DNA from: Raillietiella orientalis
Taxonomy: Eukaryota
Assembly (NCBI GenBank): GCA_036172245.1
Contig: JAYWIR010000024.1
Span: 372,001-436,000 of the forward strand
Direction: 5' to 3'
DNA length: 64,000 bases
Below are positions 61,901 to 64,000 of the stretch, piece by piece. The stretch's first letter is position 1. Every line of letters starts with the position of its first letter. Made by a program: the position numbers and the translations under genes. The notes beneath the pieces were generated by a model. That model was not told the origin of the DNA. It was given only the letters and a program-made list of their open reading frames with translations, and did not search any database.

Positions 61901-64000
61901 TCCGCCCCACGAAGGAACACCTGCTCGGAGTCGCCTCCCACCTGCTTCCGGGACGTCCCGTGCCTGGACACTGCCGAGGGTCCCCGGTGCGGACCCTGTC
62001 CCTACGGATTCGTCGGCAACGGCTACAGTTGCAGGCCGGAGATCAGCTGCGAGAGCGAGCCCTGCCACCCAGGTGAGTCGCACCTCTCCCCTGAAGAAGA
62101 GGGTGTGAGCGACGAATGCGGTGGGAACACGCATACCCACGCTGCTCGCTCGCCATCTCCCATTCCCGGGACGAACGCGCTCGATGGGAGCTCCGCCTCG
62201 GTGTTCCCGCAGACCTCCAGAAGGCGCGTGGGAGGGAGGGAAATAAGAGTAGGGAAGGTGATGATACGCCACCTTTCACCAGCAGTGCCACCCCCTGTTT
62301 ACCCCCACCCCATCCCTTTTCCCCCTGAGAGGGACAAGGGCGTGCTCTCCGGATCCTGAATTCCTCCGCGGAGGCAGAGTCACGTCCTCGATCCTGCGGG
62401 AGCCGCTGATTCGGTAAGGGCGTCGACGAGCGAATGGCCAGCAGCAGCGACCGACCGAAGCAGAACGTCCGATTGAAAATGGGATGAAACGAGGATGGAA
62501 GAGACCTCAGGCACGCCCATGGAAACGGAAAACGTCTTGCAGTTCGTGAGGTTTTCGTGTGGAGGAAAGAGAGAGTCTCCTTCCGTAAGGAAGGTCCTCT
62601 CTTCTTCTTCTACCCTCAGTAGTTGAACGGCCCTCCTGGGAAGATACTCCTGGTGAAGAGGGAATCTTCTCTACGGTCTCAGAGACCGCGTCCGTAGAAG
62701 GTACCACGGAGTCATCCACCTTCACTTCCTTGGGCACGCAGCAAATGCTCCGGATGCAGACTTGGAGATGGAAAGCATTTCTGTTGAAATCCAGGCACGA
62801 TGAGGAAGTGCCGGCTTCCAGGAGCAGCCGGCGACGTGCCTAGGATGAAATCCCGGAGCTCCCCCGACCTCGGATGTAGCACACGAGAGACGAGTAGGAT
62901 TCCCCAATGGAGAAGAGGGATAAACTGAAATCCTCTCGCTTAGCACCCCGAAGGAAGAGATCTCGTCTTTGGCTATGCCATTTTTGATTTCCTTTTTGCT
63001 TCAAAAGGATGGCTAAGAAAGGAAATCAAAGGTGCTCCTGCCATCTGACTAGAGAAGATGGAAACCACATAGGTTGTGCTTTCCTCCGCAAGGTGTCGGA
63101 CCTGGAAGCATTACCAGAGTCGGCGTTCCAGACGCTCCCCCCCCCCCTCCCTCTCTAGGAGTATTCACAAGCAGCCCTCTAAAAACCTTGACTAGCTAAT
63201 GCTTCACGAGATTGTATCTGGAGTCCTCCGCCTTCTGGCGAGCGGAAAAGTTCTCTCGTTCCTCCTTTCCCGTCCTAGTAACAATTGGAACGGTGGACAT
63301 TATGTACGTCTTTCCGGGAGTCTGGGAGAAGGCCAGCTCAGGCTCCGGCCCCGTGAAAAGGACCCGTTGCTCTTGTCTTCCTCCCCTGGAAAAAGAGGAG
63401 CAGGTGTCCCGCATTCTCTCTCCCCTCTTCTTGGTGTAGAGGCTGGAGAGCGATCTGAGATGAAAGACGAGGGAGGATGAGGAGGCACGACATTATCGCT
63501 CGCTCCCCTTCCGACCCCCTTCCACTTCCCTGCCATCTCCTGATCACTCTCGTTCCTCCTTTAGGGGTAACCTGTCATGACGACGACACTCAGGGCTTCC
63601 GGTGCGGCCCCTGCCCTCCGGGCTTCTCAGGAGATGGAAAGAGGTGCACCCCGGTTTCCTTCTGCAACACGAATCCCTGCTACCCAGGAGTACAATGCGT
63701 GAACGCGCCCCATCCTCCCTACTTCCGCTGCGGGAGCTGCCCCTCGGGCACGACGGGCAACGGCACTTTCTGCTCAGACATCGACGAGGTACGCACAGGA
63801 GCGGGGGACAGTTCCGCCTGCTCTTTCTCCCTACTCCTTCTTTCCCTCATCCCCTTTTCCTTTCTTCGCCTTCTAACGCTGCTCCCTCCCCCTATCTGCT
63901 GCAGTGTGACCTGGCCAGGCCGTGTGACCCGCGGGTGCGCTGCGTCAACACCGCCCCGGGCTACATGTGCGAGCCGTGCCCTCCGGGTTACACCGGCAGC
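52816..64000 (+). CDS. Tsp: Thrombospondin (pentameric TSP-B/COMP-like, invertebrate type), 5' portion; join(52816-52903,55632-55805,56726-56946,57004-57139,59125-59157,61584-61657,61775-61829,61899-62072,63565-63788,63905->64000)
   Basis: Signal peptide [21 protein letters not shown]-terminal domain ([10 protein letters not shown]), RGDIP, coiled coil [16 protein letters not shown]...[15 protein letters not shown], then tandem TSP-type EGF repeats (CFRDVPC...RCGPCP.GF.GNG..C; DIDECDLARPC). All ten junctions are GT-AG and phase-consistent. Confidence 0.9.
52986..53026. repeat. 16-bp direct repeat
   Basis: ctttgggattccgtca occurs twice, 9 nt apart. Confidence 0.85.
55632..55805 (+). CDS. Tsp: Tsp N-terminal domain exon
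   Basis: ttccgttccAG ... GTATGA, phase 1-1. Confidence 0.7.
56726..56946 (+). CDS. Tsp: Tsp N-terminal domain exon
   Basis: gatttAG ... GTGAGT; VILKAEG...[10 protein letters not shown]. Confidence 0.78.
57004..57139 (+). CDS. Tsp: Tsp exon ending ...ISHIR+G
   Basis: ccgttgcAG ... GTACAC; 57-nt upstream intron. Confidence 0.78.
59125..59157 (+). CDS. Tsp: Tsp 33-nt microexon (G)[10 protein letters not shown]
   Basis: Branch-point-like aactgat, ttttatctttcAG acceptor, GTACGT donor; completes RGDIP. Confidence 0.75.
60105..60335. repeat. Degenerate (GATA/GATG/GACA)n low-complexity tract, intronic
   Basis: Recurrent agat/ggat/gaca units. Confidence 0.6.
61282..61500. repeat. Degenerate (GAY/GGY)n trinucleotide tract, intronic
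   Basis: gacgatgacgacaatgacgacgatggtgacggtgat... Confidence 0.8.
61584..62072 (+). CDS. Tsp: Tsp coiled-coil and first EGF exons (61584-61657, 61775-61829, 61899-62072)
   Basis: Donors GTAAGC, GTGAGG and GTGAGT; CxxC at the end of the coiled coil; EGF cysteine spacing. Confidence 0.92.
63565..64000 (+). CDS. Tsp: Tsp EGF exons (63565-63788, 63905->64000, runs off the window)
   Basis: [28 protein letters not shown]...[39 protein letters not shown]. Confidence 0.93.

Noticed and set aside
1..64000. CRISPR array, operons or other prokaryotic systems
   Set aside because: No regularly spaced repeats; all genuine genes have spliceosomal introns

Overview
Eukaryotic (most likely arthropod) genomic DNA; all calls were made by eye. 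Three intron-containing genes can be rebuilt with phase-consistent GT-AG junctions. (1) A divergent orthopedia (otp) PRD-class homeobox gene on the minus strand (8998->2435, 5 coding exons, 311 aa). (2) DDA1 on the minus strand (44228->43109, 4 exons, 98 aa), inside a sharply AT-rich island (~41800-46700) and with 42- and 48-nt introns. (3) The 5' part of a pentameric-type thrombospondin on the plus strand (52816->beyond 64000, at least 10 exons), whose RGD motif depends on a 33-nt microexon. The GC-rich DNA between them holds many decayed non-LTR retrotransposon relics of the restriction-like endonuclease (R2/NeSL) type. One is fused directly to the first ~34 nt of U2 snRNA, the signature of U2-targeting Utopia elements. 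There is also a ~350-bp element bounded by three hairpins, a perfect 22-bp hairpin and several homeodomain-site clusters. Most ORFs in the supplied track look spurious. No prokaryotic genes, CRISPR arrays, tRNA or rRNA were found, and I cannot demonstrate a wholly new system from sequence alone.
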